Positions 1-9,258 of a stretch of DNA of 42,903 nucleotides are shown here, in pieces. Below the pieces are notes generated by a model that saw nothing but the letters and a program-made list of their open reading frames with translations, had not been told where the DNA came from and did no database searches. The stretch comes from Alphaproteobacteria bacterium. GTDB taxonomy: Bacteria > Pseudomonadota > Alphaproteobacteria > Rs-D84. The stretch is from assembly GCA_017554365.1 (NCBI GenBank), contig JAFZIM010000081.1:1-42903 (forward strand). The letters are read 5' to 3'. The position numbers were made by a program, and so were the translations under genes. Each line of letters starts with the position of its first letter. Position 1 is the stretch's first letter.

Positions 1-81
1 CAGCCACAGCATTATTTATAATACTAAACAATATCCCTATAAATAGAAATTTTCTGTATTTCATAAAATATTTACCATTAA

Positions 82-1554
82 TTAAAATGCGTATTTTAAT
101 CCGATATGCAATCCATAAGAACGCCATACTGCTTTCTTCAAAGATTCATCAACATGTTCTGTATAAGCAGGTTGGGTTTGGACTATGAAATTACCAGGGT
201 TTAATTCATCTTCAACATAAATAGTTGTTTCTGCAACATATAATTCGCCAGGTATTTTGCCAATCTGATAATAATTTGTATCAGCCATAATTGATATTTG
301 CATACGATCTGATAATTGATATGTGTATTCCATTTCTGCAGAATATGCAAAAGAACCATTTGTCCCTTCGTCAAGGAAACTTGGGTTTTGTTGCCAATCA
401 TCACGATTAGGCCATGTTCCTTCTGATGAATATTTTGGCATGCTGACTTGAACATAAAAACGTAATTTATCAGCCAAAGTCATCTGCTTTTCTAATTCAA
501 GACCAAGATAAAATCCAGACCATGTTGTGTTGTAAATATGTGTCACACCATTAACAACAACCATTCCATCACCACCAATTACGATACAATCGCCTTCTGC
601 AACACCCCAAGGTAAATCGCCGTATGAAGAATTCCAATCTGTTGTTGTTAAATAATCACCAATCAAGAATATACCACTGCCACTTGAAGAAGCAGGAACA
701 ACCTTTACATCTTCTGGACTCATACAAATTTGATACAAACCTGAATCATCTTCAACATAAGTATCTTGGGAAACAGCATAATAATTTCCGTCTACATCAC
801 CAAATACATAATCGCCGGAACTTGTCATCAAAGGCAGATATACGCCAGGGTTAGGGTATATATGGTTGCTCATTTTCATATTATGTTTGAAAATTTCATA
901 ACCAATTTGTGGGGTTATTTTCCAGCCACCTAAATCCCAAATGTGATGTGCACCGATACCAAATCTTAAACGATTTAAAGTACCTGTTTGATCGCCCATA
1001 GATATTGTGAAAATACCATCTGCTGGATATGCATAATCATAAGGTTCAAGGTCATAGTCCATTGAAAGACCGCCACCTTCTAATTCACCATAAGAATAAT
1101 TAGCGTATGTCAACAAATCAAAACCATGGATATCGAATACATGGCTGACACCAACACCTATTTCATTAAACAGCATATCGTCCCATTCCAAAATAGAATT
1201 AACACCTGTTTTAAATTCAAAATCAGCGAAACGACGTACGTATTTTGCGTATACAGATGTGTTAAATTCTTTTCCTTTTGCAACGCCATTTGTTGTCATT
1301 GCGCCACGACTTGGTTTTGGAACCAATCTTGGAACCTGATAAGAATAACTTTCAGAAGAAACTATTTGTTTTTTGCCTGTATTACCGACATACGGCTTAT
1401 ACCCCATATTTTGATAACGGGTATATGCGCTACGATTGGCATATTGTCTGTTGGCATAATCATTAGAGTAATATGCAGGAACACCCTCGTTAGAAGCAAA
1501 AGATGCTAACGGGGCCACCAAACCGCACAAAAAAGCAATTAGATTCTTTCTCAT
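82..1554 (-). CDS. Outer-membrane beta-barrel protein, family unassigned
   Basis: 490-aa ORF. Signal peptide MRKNLIAFLCGLVAPLASFA, then a Tyr/Asn/Gln-rich segment. Strand-like alternating C-terminal half ends ...HIGLKYAF; a terminal Phe is typical of BAM substrates. Confidence 0.6.
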   Translation of the reverse strand: MRKNLIAFLCGLVAPLASFASNEGVPAYYSNDYANRQYANRSAYTRYQNMGYKPYVGNTGKKQIVSSESYSYQVPRLVPKPSRGAMTTNGVAKGKEFNTSVYAKYVRRFADFEFKTGVNSILEWDDMLFNEIGVGVSHVFDIHGFDLLTYANYSYGELEGGGLSMDYDLEPYDYAYPADGIFTISMGDQTGTLNRLRFGIGAHHIWDLGGWKITPQIGYEIFKHNMKMSNHIYPNPGVYLPLMTSSGDYVFGDVDGNYYAVSQDTYVEDDSGLYQICMSPEDVKVVPASSSGSGIFLIGDYLTTTDWNSSYGDLPWGVAEGDCIVIGGDGMVVVNGVTHIYNTTWSGFYLGLELEKQMTLADKLRFYVQVSMPKYSSEGTWPNRDDWQQNPSFLDEGTNGSFAYSAEMEYTYQLSDRMQISIMADTNYYQIGKIPGELYVAETTIYVEDELNPGNFIVQTQPAYTEHVDESLKKAVWRSYGLHIGLKYAF

Positions 1555-1650
1555 ATCCCTTTTCGTATGTTGTATTATATCATAAAAAACGATTGAAAAA
1601 AAGCATTAGTTTATATTGAATTTTATTTTTCTTAATATAAGATATTTTGT

Positions 1651-2706
1651 ATGAATTGTCCGCATAATCTTTATATACATGTCCCGTTTTGTATGTCAAA
1701 ATGCCAATATTGTGCATTTTTTTCGGTTGCTTGTAATAATCCTGATTGGAAAAAATATGCAGATAATATTTGTTCTGAATTAAAATTTTGGTCTGATAAA
1801 TTAGGAAAAATTAAAATTCCAACGATATTTTTTGGTGGTGGCACACCATCTTTGATGCCGGTTGAAACACTAGAACAGATTTTGAAATGTATTTATGACA
1901 ATTTTGATGTGGATAAAGATTGTGAAATTACATTGGAATCTAACCCAAAAACTTTGGATAAAACAAAATTGTCTGAATTTGTATCTTTGGGAATGAACAG
2001 ATTGTCTGTGGGGGTTCAATCTTTGAATGATGAAGAATTGAAATTTCTTGGCCGTATTCATAATGTCAAAGATGCAATTGATTTGATACAAAACGCCCAA
2101 AATATGAATCTAAGGGTTTCTGCCGATTTTATTTATGGATTGCCAAATCAAGACGAAAATTCAGTTATAAATTTATGCCAAAATATTAATAAAATAGGAC
2201 TCGAACATGTTTCTATGTACGAATTAACTATTGAAAAAAATACACCTTTTAGGCGGCAGAATTTAAAAATGCCAAATAATGAAACAATGGCTAAAATGTA
2301 TAATGCAATTCCTGAATATTTAAATTTACCAAGATATGAAGTTTCAAATTATGCAAAACCTGGTCAAGAATGTCGGCATAATCAAAATATTTGGCATGGT
2401 GGTGCATATATTGGTATTGGTCGTGGTGGTGCAGGTCGTGTGTTTATGAATGATAAATGGTACGAACAAATGGGAAATAACGAAAAATTTGATGAAATAT
2501 CAAATGAAATTCGTGCTGTTGAAAAAATTATTACTGGTCTAAGAACTATTTTAGGTGTAAGGTTAGACGAAGATATAAAAAATCAAATTAATTTTGATTG
2601 GGTAAAAAATCATAGTGATTTGGTTGTTGTATCTGATGAATATCTAAAAACAACGAAAAAAGGAATGTTGTTCTTAGATGATATAATGGTGGATGTAATA
2701 AAATGA
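1651..2706 (+). CDS. hemW: Radical SAM HemN/HemW-like protein (oxygen-independent coproporphyrinogen oxidase-like / heme chaperone)
   Basis: N-terminus LYIHVPFCMSKCQYCAFFS carries the CxxxCxxC cluster motif. GGGTPS follows ~45 residues downstream. The 351-aa length fits HemW better than HemN. Confidence 0.85.
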   Translation: MNCPHNLYIHVPFCMSKCQYCAFFSVACNNPDWKKYADNICSELKFWSDKLGKIKIPTIFFGGGTPSLMPVETLEQILKCIYDNFDVDKDCEITLESNPKTLDKTKLSEFVSLGMNRLSVGVQSLNDEELKFLGRIHNVKDAIDLIQNAQNMNLRVSADFIYGLPNQDENSVINLCQNINKIGLEHVSMYELTIEKNTPFRRQNLKMPNNETMAKMYNAIPEYLNLPRYEVSNYAKPGQECRHNQNIWHGGAYIGIGRGGAGRVFMNDKWYEQMGNNEKFDEISNEIRAVEKIITGLRTILGVRLDEDIKNQINFDWVKNHSDLVVVSDEYLKTTKKGMLFLDDIMVDVIK

Positions 2707-4685
2707 AAAATAAAATTTTAAATATATTTGGAATAATCGCTGTATTAATCGCAGGTATCGTTTCAAATTTTTTATTAAAGGGGAAAGAAATGCAAATAGG
2801 AATTAAATCAGAAAATATGATGTTGTCAGCAAAACCTGGCGATGATTTTTACGATTATGCCACAGGTGGTTGGCGTAAAAATAATCCAATTCCTGATGAT
2901 TATACACGTTGGACTTCTTTTCACATGCTTGATGCGTTAAATTTGGAACGTGTTCGTGAAATCGCAGAACAAGATAATGGAAAAATTGGAACTTTATATA
3001 AAATCGCGATGGATTCTGAAAAATTAAATAAAGAAAACACATCACCAGTAGAATCTTATTTAAAAGAAATAGATAACATTAAAAACAAAAAAGATTTAGC
3101 AAAATATCTTGGTAAAATGCACACTTTTTCTTCTGCATTTTGGGGTGATGGTGTTTTGTTAGATGATAAAGACAGCGAACATTATATCTTTGTTATCGGT
3201 CAGGGTGGTATTGGTCTATCTCGTGATTACTTTTTTGATAAAGATGAAAAATCAAAAGAAGTCAGAACAAAATATAAAAAATATATGAAAGATATTATGA
3301 ATAATTTTGGTATCAAAGCAGATGTAAAAAAATTATATGCTTTTGAAGAACGTATGGCTAAATCTTTTTATGAAAAAGAAAAATTACGCGACCCATTAAT
3401 TAATTATCATAAAAAATCTTATGATGAATTGAAAAAAGATATGCCTGCATTTGATTGGGATTTGTTTTTCGAAGCCCGTGGGGTTAAACCTGAATTTGTT
3501 AATATTGAACAAATAGAACCAATTGCTGAATCTATTGCAATTATGAATGATACTGAATTGGAATTAATCAAAACATATTTGAAATATAGAATTGTAAATT
3601 CTGCAACAGGGTTATTAGATGATAAAACATACGATATAGCATTTGATTTTTATAATCGTGTTTTATCAGGTCAAAAAGAACAAAAACCACGTTGGAAAAG
3701 GTCTGTTGATATCTTAGATGGTTCATTGGGTGAAGAAATAGGTCAATTATATGTAAAAAAATATTTTTCTGAATCTGCAAAAAAACGTATGACAGAATTA
3801 GTGGAAAATTTAAGACGTGCTTATGAAATCCGTATCAATAATTTAGATTGGATGAGTGATGAAACCAAAAAACAGGCCTTGGCTAAATTAAAATCTTTCA
3901 AAGCAAAAATAGGTTATCCAAACAAATGGCGTGATTATTCAAATTTAGAAATTAAAAATGATTCTTTGTTTGAAAATATGATGCGTGTTGCTGCATTTGA
4001 AGACGCATTTTGGTTAGAAAAAGTAGGCAAGAAAAAAGACCCTGAAATTTGGTATATGAATGCACACGAAATAAATGCATATTATGATCCATCTACAAAT
4101 GAAATTTGTTTTCCTGCTGGAATATTACAAAATCCTTTCTTTGATATGAATGCAGATGATGCGTTTAATTACGGGGCTATTGGTTCTGTCATAGGACATG
4201 AAATGACACATGGTTTTGATGATAGTGGTCGTCATTTTGATAAAGATGGAAATATGAATGAATGGTGGACCAAAGAAGACGCAAAACATTTTGAAGTGCA
4301 TGCTAATATTATGAAAGATTATTTTAATAATATTATTGTTGCACCAAATGTTCATGCAAATGGTGAATTTACATTGGGTGAAAATTTGGCTGATTATGGT
4401 GGGGTTACAATTTCTTATACTGCATATAAGAATTTTGGTAAAAAATCAGAAGACGCGTCTGGGTTTACAGCAGACCAAAGATTCTTTTTGGCTTTTGCAA
4501 TGACAGAAGCAGGCAATATCAGAGATGACGAATTAATTCGGTTAACAAAAACAAATGAACATTCTTTATCTCGTTGGCGTGTTAATGGTATTTTGCCACA
4601 TGTTAATGCTTGGTATGAAGTTTTCAATATCACACCAAATGACAAGATGTATATAGAACCTGAAAAAAGAGTAAATTTATGGTAA
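2703..4685 (+). CDS. pepO: M13 family zinc metallopeptidase (PepO / neprilysin-like), N-terminal membrane anchor
   Basis: HExxH in VIGHEMTHGFD and a downstream ENLADYGG (ExxxD) motif. C-terminal ...RVNLW. N-terminal TM helix IFGIIAVLIAGIVSNFLL. The ATGA start/stop overlap with hemW implies translational coupling. Confidence 0.9.
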   Translation: MKNKILNIFGIIAVLIAGIVSNFLLKGKEMQIGIKSENMMLSAKPGDDFYDYATGGWRKNNPIPDDYTRWTSFHMLDALNLERVREIAEQDNGKIGTLYKIAMDSEKLNKENTSPVESYLKEIDNIKNKKDLAKYLGKMHTFSSAFWGDGVLLDDKDSEHYIFVIGQGGIGLSRDYFFDKDEKSKEVRTKYKKYMKDIMNNFGIKADVKKLYAFEERMAKSFYEKEKLRDPLINYHKKSYDELKKDMPAFDWDLFFEARGVKPEFVNIEQIEPIAESIAIMNDTELELIKTYLKYRIVNSATGLLDDKTYDIAFDFYNRVLSGQKEQKPRWKRSVDILDGSLGEEIGQLYVKKYFSESAKKRMTELVENLRRAYEIRINNLDWMSDETKKQALAKLKSFKAKIGYPNKWRDYSNLEIKNDSLFENMMRVAAFEDAFWLEKVGKKKDPEIWYMNAHEINAYYDPSTNEICFPAGILQNPFFDMNADDAFNYGAIGSVIGHEMTHGFDDSGRHFDKDGNMNEWWTKEDAKHFEVHANIMKDYFNNIIVAPNVHANGEFTLGENLADYGGVTISYTAYKNFGKKSEDASGFTADQRFFLAFAMTEAGNIRDDELIRLTKTNEHSLSRWRVNGILPHVNAWYEVFNITPNDKMYIEPEKRVNLW

Positions 4686-4690
4686 AAAAT

Positions 4691-4716
4691 AACCGCCGTT
4701 TTGGCGGTTGTTTTTA
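4691..4716. terminator. Bidirectional rho-independent terminator between pepO and ihf
   Basis: Stem aaccgcc(4691-4697)/ggcggtt(4703-4709), 5-nt loop. An A-run lies upstream and gttttt downstream. Confidence 0.8.
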
Positions 4717-5001
4717 TTTACCTGAAACAATTTTTCTAAATTCTGTACTTGGGTGAAAACTCGCAACACGACGTGCTGATATAACAGCAGGAACACCTGT
4801 TTTTGGATTGCGTCCGATACGTGCAGATTTAGATAATATTTTAAATGTTCCAAAACCAGAAATTTTAACATCCTCGCCATGAATCAAAGATTGTTCTATT
4901 TCGTCAAAAATAATATCAATCATCTTATAAGAATCTGCGCTGGTTAATCCAAAACGATTTCTTAAAGTATTTGCCAAATCTATACGTGTTATTGTTGCCA
5001 T
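4714..5001 (-). CDS. ihfA: Integration host factor / HU family DNA-binding protein (IHF-alpha-like)
   Basis: 95 aa. GFGTFKILSKSARIGRNPKTGVPAVISARRVASFHPS matches the HU/IHF beta-arm signature (GFGxF...RxGRNPxTG...ARRV.xFxP), which is closest to IHF alpha. Confidence 0.85.
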   Translation of the reverse strand: MATITRIDLANTLRNRFGLTSADSYKMIDIIFDEIEQSLIHGEDVKISGFGTFKILSKSARIGRNPKTGVPAVISARRVASFHPSTEFRKIVSGK

Positions 5002-5069
5002 TGTTTTACACCTATCTCTTTTAATTGCACTTATTATACAAGGCCTTTGAAATAATGCAAATACAAAAG

Positions 5070-5097
5070 TTGATTTATTTTTTTAAAGGTGTAGAAT
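5070..5097 (+). promoter_or_regulatory. Putative sigma70-type promoter for tRNA-Arg
   Basis: ttgatt(5070-5075), 16-nt spacer, tagaat(5092-5097), ending ~14 nt upstream of the tRNA 5' end. Confidence 0.4.
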
Positions 5098-5110
5098 CTA
5101 AAACCGATAT

Positions 5111-5186
5111 GTCCTCATAGTTCAATTGGATAGAACAAATCCCTCCTAAGGATTAGATGCAGATTCGAGTTCTGCTGGGGACGCCA
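5111..5186 (+). tRNA. tRNA-Arg (anticodon CCT)
   Basis: Hand-folded cloverleaf. Acceptor gtcctca/tggggac, D arm gttc-aattggata-gaac, anticodon arm aatcc-ctCCTaa-ggatt, T arm gcaga-ttcgagt-tctgc. Discriminator G and encoded CCA; 76 nt. Confidence 0.9.
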
Positions 5187-5205
5187 GAAAAAATAGGGGA
5201 TTTAT

Positions 5206-5532
5206 ATGAAAAATAAGGCCGTAAAGTTAGGTTTAATTGCGTCATTGTTGCCACATTTGTTTTGTTGTGTTTTACCAATAGTTTTATCAGTAGCAAGTTT
5301 GTTTGCACCTGAAATAGCACATTCTAAATTCGTTCCTGAATGGATTGAACCATGGTTATTTGTATTTTCTGCTTTGATGTTGTGTTTATCATGGGTTTTG
5401 GTTTTACAAGAATGTCCTTGTGCTGAATGTGGTGAAGAAAAATCTCATAAAAAACAGAAAATAATATTAAGTGTAATAACAACATTATTTGTTATAAGTG
5501 TTGTTTTGCATTTGTTTTCACATGTTCATTAA
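5206..5532 (+). CDS. Small Cys-motif membrane protein (MerT-like; possible metal transport)
   Basis: 108 aa with three predicted TM helices. First helix carries LFCCVLPIVL, like the CCxxP pair of MerT TM1. A loop carries ECPCAECGEE. Good SD (aatagggga) lies upstream. Confidence 0.35.
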   Translation: MKNKAVKLGLIASLLPHLFCCVLPIVLSVASLFAPEIAHSKFVPEWIEPWLFVFSALMLCLSWVLVLQECPCAECGEEKSHKKQKIILSVITTLFVISVVLHLFSHVH

Positions 5533-5534
5533 TT

Positions 5535-6272
5535 TTATTTTAAAATAAATTCTTCTGATTCGTGTTTTATGGCACGATTTTCAAGTTCGGTCATAATACC
5601 ACGATTACGTATTCTTCGCCAAGCGATATACATAGAAGTAATTGGTTGAACGATATTAGTATCGTGTGCCAAATTTTTAGAATTGTGTATGTTTTGATGT
5701 AAATTCTGAATTTCGTCTATTTGGAAACCATTTGCTTTGACTTTGCGGAAGTCCTTTAATATTGCACGATATATGCCGTCGGCTTCTTTTTTTAATTGGC
5801 GAAACTCTTTATCTGATACAACGACAGGTCTGTAAATCCAAAGTTGATTTAATAAAGAATACATAGAACCTGTTCTATAACGTCCTTTGTGTTTATAACT
5901 ATTCACTGCTTCAAAAGATAAATCTACTTTGCGTCCATAAATTTGACAATGATGAGTCATCGCCCAATTGTAATAAAACATAGTTAACATCTTTTGAAGA
6001 TGTGGATCAGAATTTTTTTCTTTTAATTTATCTATGTCAAATAAAATACAAATATCAATGTCTGATTTTTTGTTATAAAAATAATTTGTCGAAGAACCAT
6101 ATATAAAAATATCAATAACATCTGAATTAAAGATTTTTATACCCTGACGACAACGAACATTATCTATATAAGCCCAGGCAATAGATAACAATGTTTCACG
6201 AACTTCTGGATATAAATATTCAGAATTTTGCCATAATGTAGGTTCAAGAACTTTGTGTTTTCTTATTGCCAT
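5535..6272 (-). CDS. Pol-beta-superfamily nucleotidyltransferase domain protein
   Basis: 245 aa. IFIYGSSTNYFYNKKSDIDICILFD fits the minimal NTase motif G[SG]-x9-13-DxD. The rest is unassigned. Confidence 0.55.
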   Translation of the reverse strand: MAIRKHKVLEPTLWQNSEYLYPEVRETLLSIAWAYIDNVRCRQGIKIFNSDVIDIFIYGSSTNYFYNKKSDIDICILFDIDKLKEKNSDPHLQKMLTMFYYNWAMTHHCQIYGRKVDLSFEAVNSYKHKGRYRTGSMYSLLNQLWIYRPVVVSDKEFRQLKKEADGIYRAILKDFRKVKANGFQIDEIQNLHQNIHNSKNLAHDTNIVQPITSMYIAWRRIRNRGIMTELENRAIKHESEEFILK

Positions 6273-7114
6273 TCAATCAATCCATTTTGTTTAAATCGTC
6301 TTAATTTAAATAATAAACATATAAATTTATATTTCCAAGGTATAATATTAAAAGGTATTTTTTTACAACAATAAATCAAAGTATTTGAATTATGTTGTGA
6401 TATCGTGTCGTTTAACATTTCTGGAATTAATATCTGGAAATAATTTTTCCAAAAATGTTTATCTATATTTGTTTTGTTTTCAATATAAGTATCAATTATT
6501 TTTTTATATTCAACAGAAGCAAAATTTGGGATAGATTCTGTATGTATAACCCCAACAAGTTTTGTTCTGCATATTGCAGGTGTTGAAATCAAAGTTTTTA
6601 AAATAAACAAATTTTCTGGTTCAACAAAATCAGCATTCGCAAGAAAATCTTTTCTGAAACAAAAACCAGATAAATCTTCGAAAACATATTCCAATATGCT
6701 TTTTCTGCGAACAAGATAACGATATATACATGTATATTCTTTGTCTGGTAATTCAAGAACACGTTCAGAAAAAGTCGTTTCATAAGAAATAACTTCTGAT
6801 TCCGTAGATTCTGTCATTTGGGTAAATATAGATAAGGCATAAGGTATAAAATAATCAGAAGAATTTAATATAAATATATAATCTCCATTTGATTGATTTA
6901 TTATATTTTTAATGTTTTCCTGACTTGAAATACGTGGGTTGTTTATAAAATTAAAACGTTTGTCTTTTTGAATATGTTCTTTAAGAACGTCTGTTTCATT
7001 TCCGAATATAAAACATTCCCAATTCGTCAAAGATTGGGATTTTAAAGAATCTATCAATATGCCTGATTTATTATCTTTGATTATAATTGTAAAGTAGGGT
7101 TTATTAGTTTTCAT
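6263..7114 (-). CDS. GT2-like glycosyltransferase fold protein with degenerate catalytic motifs
   Basis: N-terminus YFTIIIKDNKSGILIDSLKSQSLTNWECFIFGNE follows the GT2 pattern. The usual DD and DxD positions read GNE and NSSD (FILNSSDYF). Overlaps the downstream NTase gene by 10 nt. Confidence 0.4.
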   Translation of the reverse strand: MKTNKPYFTIIIKDNKSGILIDSLKSQSLTNWECFIFGNETDVLKEHIQKDKRFNFINNPRISSQENIKNIINQSNGDYIFILNSSDYFIPYALSIFTQMTESTESEVISYETTFSERVLELPDKEYTCIYRYLVRRKSILEYVFEDLSGFCFRKDFLANADFVEPENLFILKTLISTPAICRTKLVGVIHTESIPNFASVEYKKIIDTYIENKTNIDKHFWKNYFQILIPEMLNDTISQHNSNTLIYCCKKIPFNIIPWKYKFICLLFKLRRFKQNGLIEWQ

Positions 7115-7125
7115 TTTACAAACAT

Positions 7126-7785
7126 TTAATCTTGTGAAGTTGATATTTGTTCAAAATAACCTTCGGCGTCTGGTTTATAATAGCATTTTTCTTTACCGGA
7201 ATTTACGGTATCAATATAATGGTAAACCCCAGTTGCATCAGAATATTCTTGTAAATAACAATCTGCGATGGTATAGAATACCCATTTCCCAGCAACACTA
7301 TTATCATTATAATTTAATTCAACAGAAGGTGATGCTTTTTCTTGGGCGTCTATGAATCCACCATTAGGACATGCTTCGCATACAATGGAAATTTGTGCGC
7401 CTTCTTGATATGGGGAACATATTTCTTTTAATTGTATTCTTGGATCCAAAGTAGTTTCTTGTATGTTTACCAATTCATCTTTATTTGCTGCCGCAATATA
7501 TTTTCTAAAATTTTTAGTATTAACACTTAAACTATTATTTTCATCAATTGAAAAAACATTTGTTTTTACGCCATTTGATGTTGTAGCCGATCTTAACCAA
7601 TTTATTCCGACATCTTTGCCGTTGCAGGATTTTATATAATAATTTGATTTATCACCCTTGCCACAAAGAGATACCCTGCGGGTGCGAATTGAATCTGTGT
7701 CAGCAAAAGAAGAACCAGTCGCGTTTGATAAAAACGCAACAATAACACCCAACAATTTCCACAAAATATTGTTTATTTTTGTCAT
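7126..7785 (-). CDS. Secreted Cys-containing protein, unknown function
   Basis: 219 aa. Signal peptide MTKINNILWKLLGVIVAFLSNATGSSFA and multiple Cys in the mature part. First gene of a three-gene minus-strand unit. Confidence 0.5.
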   Translation of the reverse strand: MTKINNILWKLLGVIVAFLSNATGSSFADTDSIRTRRVSLCGKGDKSNYYIKSCNGKDVGINWLRSATTSNGVKTNVFSIDENNSLSVNTKNFRKYIAAANKDELVNIQETTLDPRIQLKEICSPYQEGAQISIVCEACPNGGFIDAQEKASPSVELNYNDNSVAGKWVFYTIADCYLQEYSDATGVYHYIDTVNSGKEKCYYKPDAEGYFEQISTSQD

Positions 7786-7908
7786 CTTCTTCTCTTGGGT
7801 AAAAGTGTAAACTCTTTGCCATTATTTATCAAGAAAAAAATAAAAAATGCTTGCTTTTATATCTCGGTTATTTCTATAATCTTTTCGATTAAGAAAGGAG
7901 ATTTTTAT

Positions 7909-8469
7909 ATGAAATTTATAAAGATATTTGGATTGTTATGTTTATGTGGTGTGTTCTCGGGTGCAAATGCAGCGAATATAACTATTTATCATTCGCCTTC
8001 ATGTCCGCATTGTCATCATGCACGTGATTTCATAGAACACGAATTAGTATATGTTTATGACACTATTTCAGTCAGGGAAGTTAATGTTATGGAACAATCT
8101 AATCGTGATGAATTTATTAGCACAATAAAAAAATGTGAATATAAAACAGGCGGTGTTCCTGTGATGGTTATTGGCGAAAAATGTTTTCAGGGTTATGCTG
8201 AATCAATGAATGATGAAATTCGTGCTGCTGTTGAAATAGATTTAAGTGCAGAACAAAAACAAACTGCAAAATCTAACAAAGCAGAATTTGACAAAGATAA
8301 AGATTCTTTTGTTGCAAATCATTCAGACAGAAAAAATGCTATAACAAAATCTGAACCAGACGTAAAAAAAAATTTGAATAAGACAAATACAAACAATGTA
8401 TTATTGGGTGGTTTTATAATTTTGTTGGTATTGGGTTTAGGATTCGTATTATTTAAAAAACAAAAATAA
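7909..8469 (+). CDS. Periplasmic thioredoxin/glutaredoxin-fold protein (CPHC) with C-terminal TM anchor
   Basis: ATG at 7909 is preferred over the TTG at 7795 because of the strong SD aagaaaggag at 7891-7900. Signal peptide MKFIKIFGLLCLCGVFSGANA, then ITIYHSPSCPHCHHAR (CxxC). C-terminal helix VLLGGFIILLVLGLGFVLF. Confidence 0.7.
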   Translation: MKFIKIFGLLCLCGVFSGANAANITIYHSPSCPHCHHARDFIEHELVYVYDTISVREVNVMEQSNRDEFISTIKKCEYKTGGVPVMVIGEKCFQGYAESMNDEIRAAVEIDLSAEQKQTAKSNKAEFDKDKDSFVANHSDRKNAITKSEPDVKKNLNKTNTNNVLLGGFIILLVLGLGFVLFKKQK

Positions 8470-8483
8470 CATAGGCGGTATAA

Positions 8484-9200
8484 ATGTTTAATTTAACCAT
8501 ACTTGATTACATATATATAGTAATGATAATAGGTTCTACTATTTGGGCTACTATCCGTGGTGGAATATACGAAACGATTGCTACTATGTCTTGGGTTGTG
8601 GCTGCTATTTCAGCCAGATTTGCATCGCCATATCTTGATAAATTATTACAGGGTTGGTTTGATTTGCAAGATTCAACCGTTGTCACATTAGTCGTGTCGT
8701 ATTTTATTGTTTTCTTTATAATTTTAATAGTGGTTGGTTTTATAAATCAAAAATTGCGTGAAAGAATCCAGAATAGTATTTTATCTGTCACAGATAAAAC
8801 TTTGGGTGTTTTATTTGGTATTATTCGCAGTGTTGTTGTTATGGGATTCGTTTATTGGGGTATATTGTGGTATTATTCAGATGTTCCACGTGGAATGCCT
8901 GAATGGGTCACACATGCTTCGAGCAGACCTGTAATGCAATTGACAGCAGTTAAATTAGATGAATGGTTTTTCTTTGGAAATAATAAATTATTACAACGTG
9001 ATATGACTGGCGCCAAAGAAGCCAAGGCAATATATGATAACCTTGTGAATCCACATGTTGAAAAGAAAGCAGATAAAGATAATAAGAAAGATTCTGAAAC
9101 AGGTTATAAATCATCTGAACGTGCTGCGTTGGAAAATCAATTATTACAGATAGAATCTGTGGCTAATGCGATTCAGGAAGATGATAAAGACAAAGAATAA
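8484..9200 (+). CDS. cvpA: CvpA family membrane protein (colicin V production protein homologue)
   Basis: N-terminus LTILDYIYIVMIIGSTIWATIRGGIYETIATMSWVVA and a 4-TM layout are typical of CvpA. Charged C-terminal tail. Confidence 0.75.
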   Translation: MFNLTILDYIYIVMIIGSTIWATIRGGIYETIATMSWVVAAISARFASPYLDKLLQGWFDLQDSTVVTLVVSYFIVFFIILIVVGFINQKLRERIQNSILSVTDKTLGVLFGIIRSVVVMGFVYWGILWYYSDVPRGMPEWVTHASSRPVMQLTAVKLDEWFFFGNNKLLQRDMTGAKEAKAIYDNLVNPHVEKKADKDNKKDSETGYKSSERAALENQLLQIESVANAIQEDDKDKE

Positions 9201-9258
9201 TATTTAACTGGAAAACTATCCTGTGTTTTTTATTACTTTTCGTGTGTATAATTTATGC

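Noticed and set aside
4691-4720. 17-nt identity (ggcggttgtttttattt) between the terminators at 4703-4719 and 20176-20192, as a possible repeat family (REP/MITE-like)
   Set aside because: Both are ordinary bidirectional terminators between convergent genes. Similarity is confined to the stem and T-tract, which are under convergent constraint. There are no flanking repeat features.
7795-7908. N-terminal extensions from non-ATG or upstream starts (7795 TTG, 9223 GTG, 19534 GTG, 22636, 22611, 23251)
   Set aside because: In each case an internal ATG is preceded by a clear Shine-Dalgarno. The internal start also yields the family-typical N-terminus or signal peptide, and the extensions read as junk.
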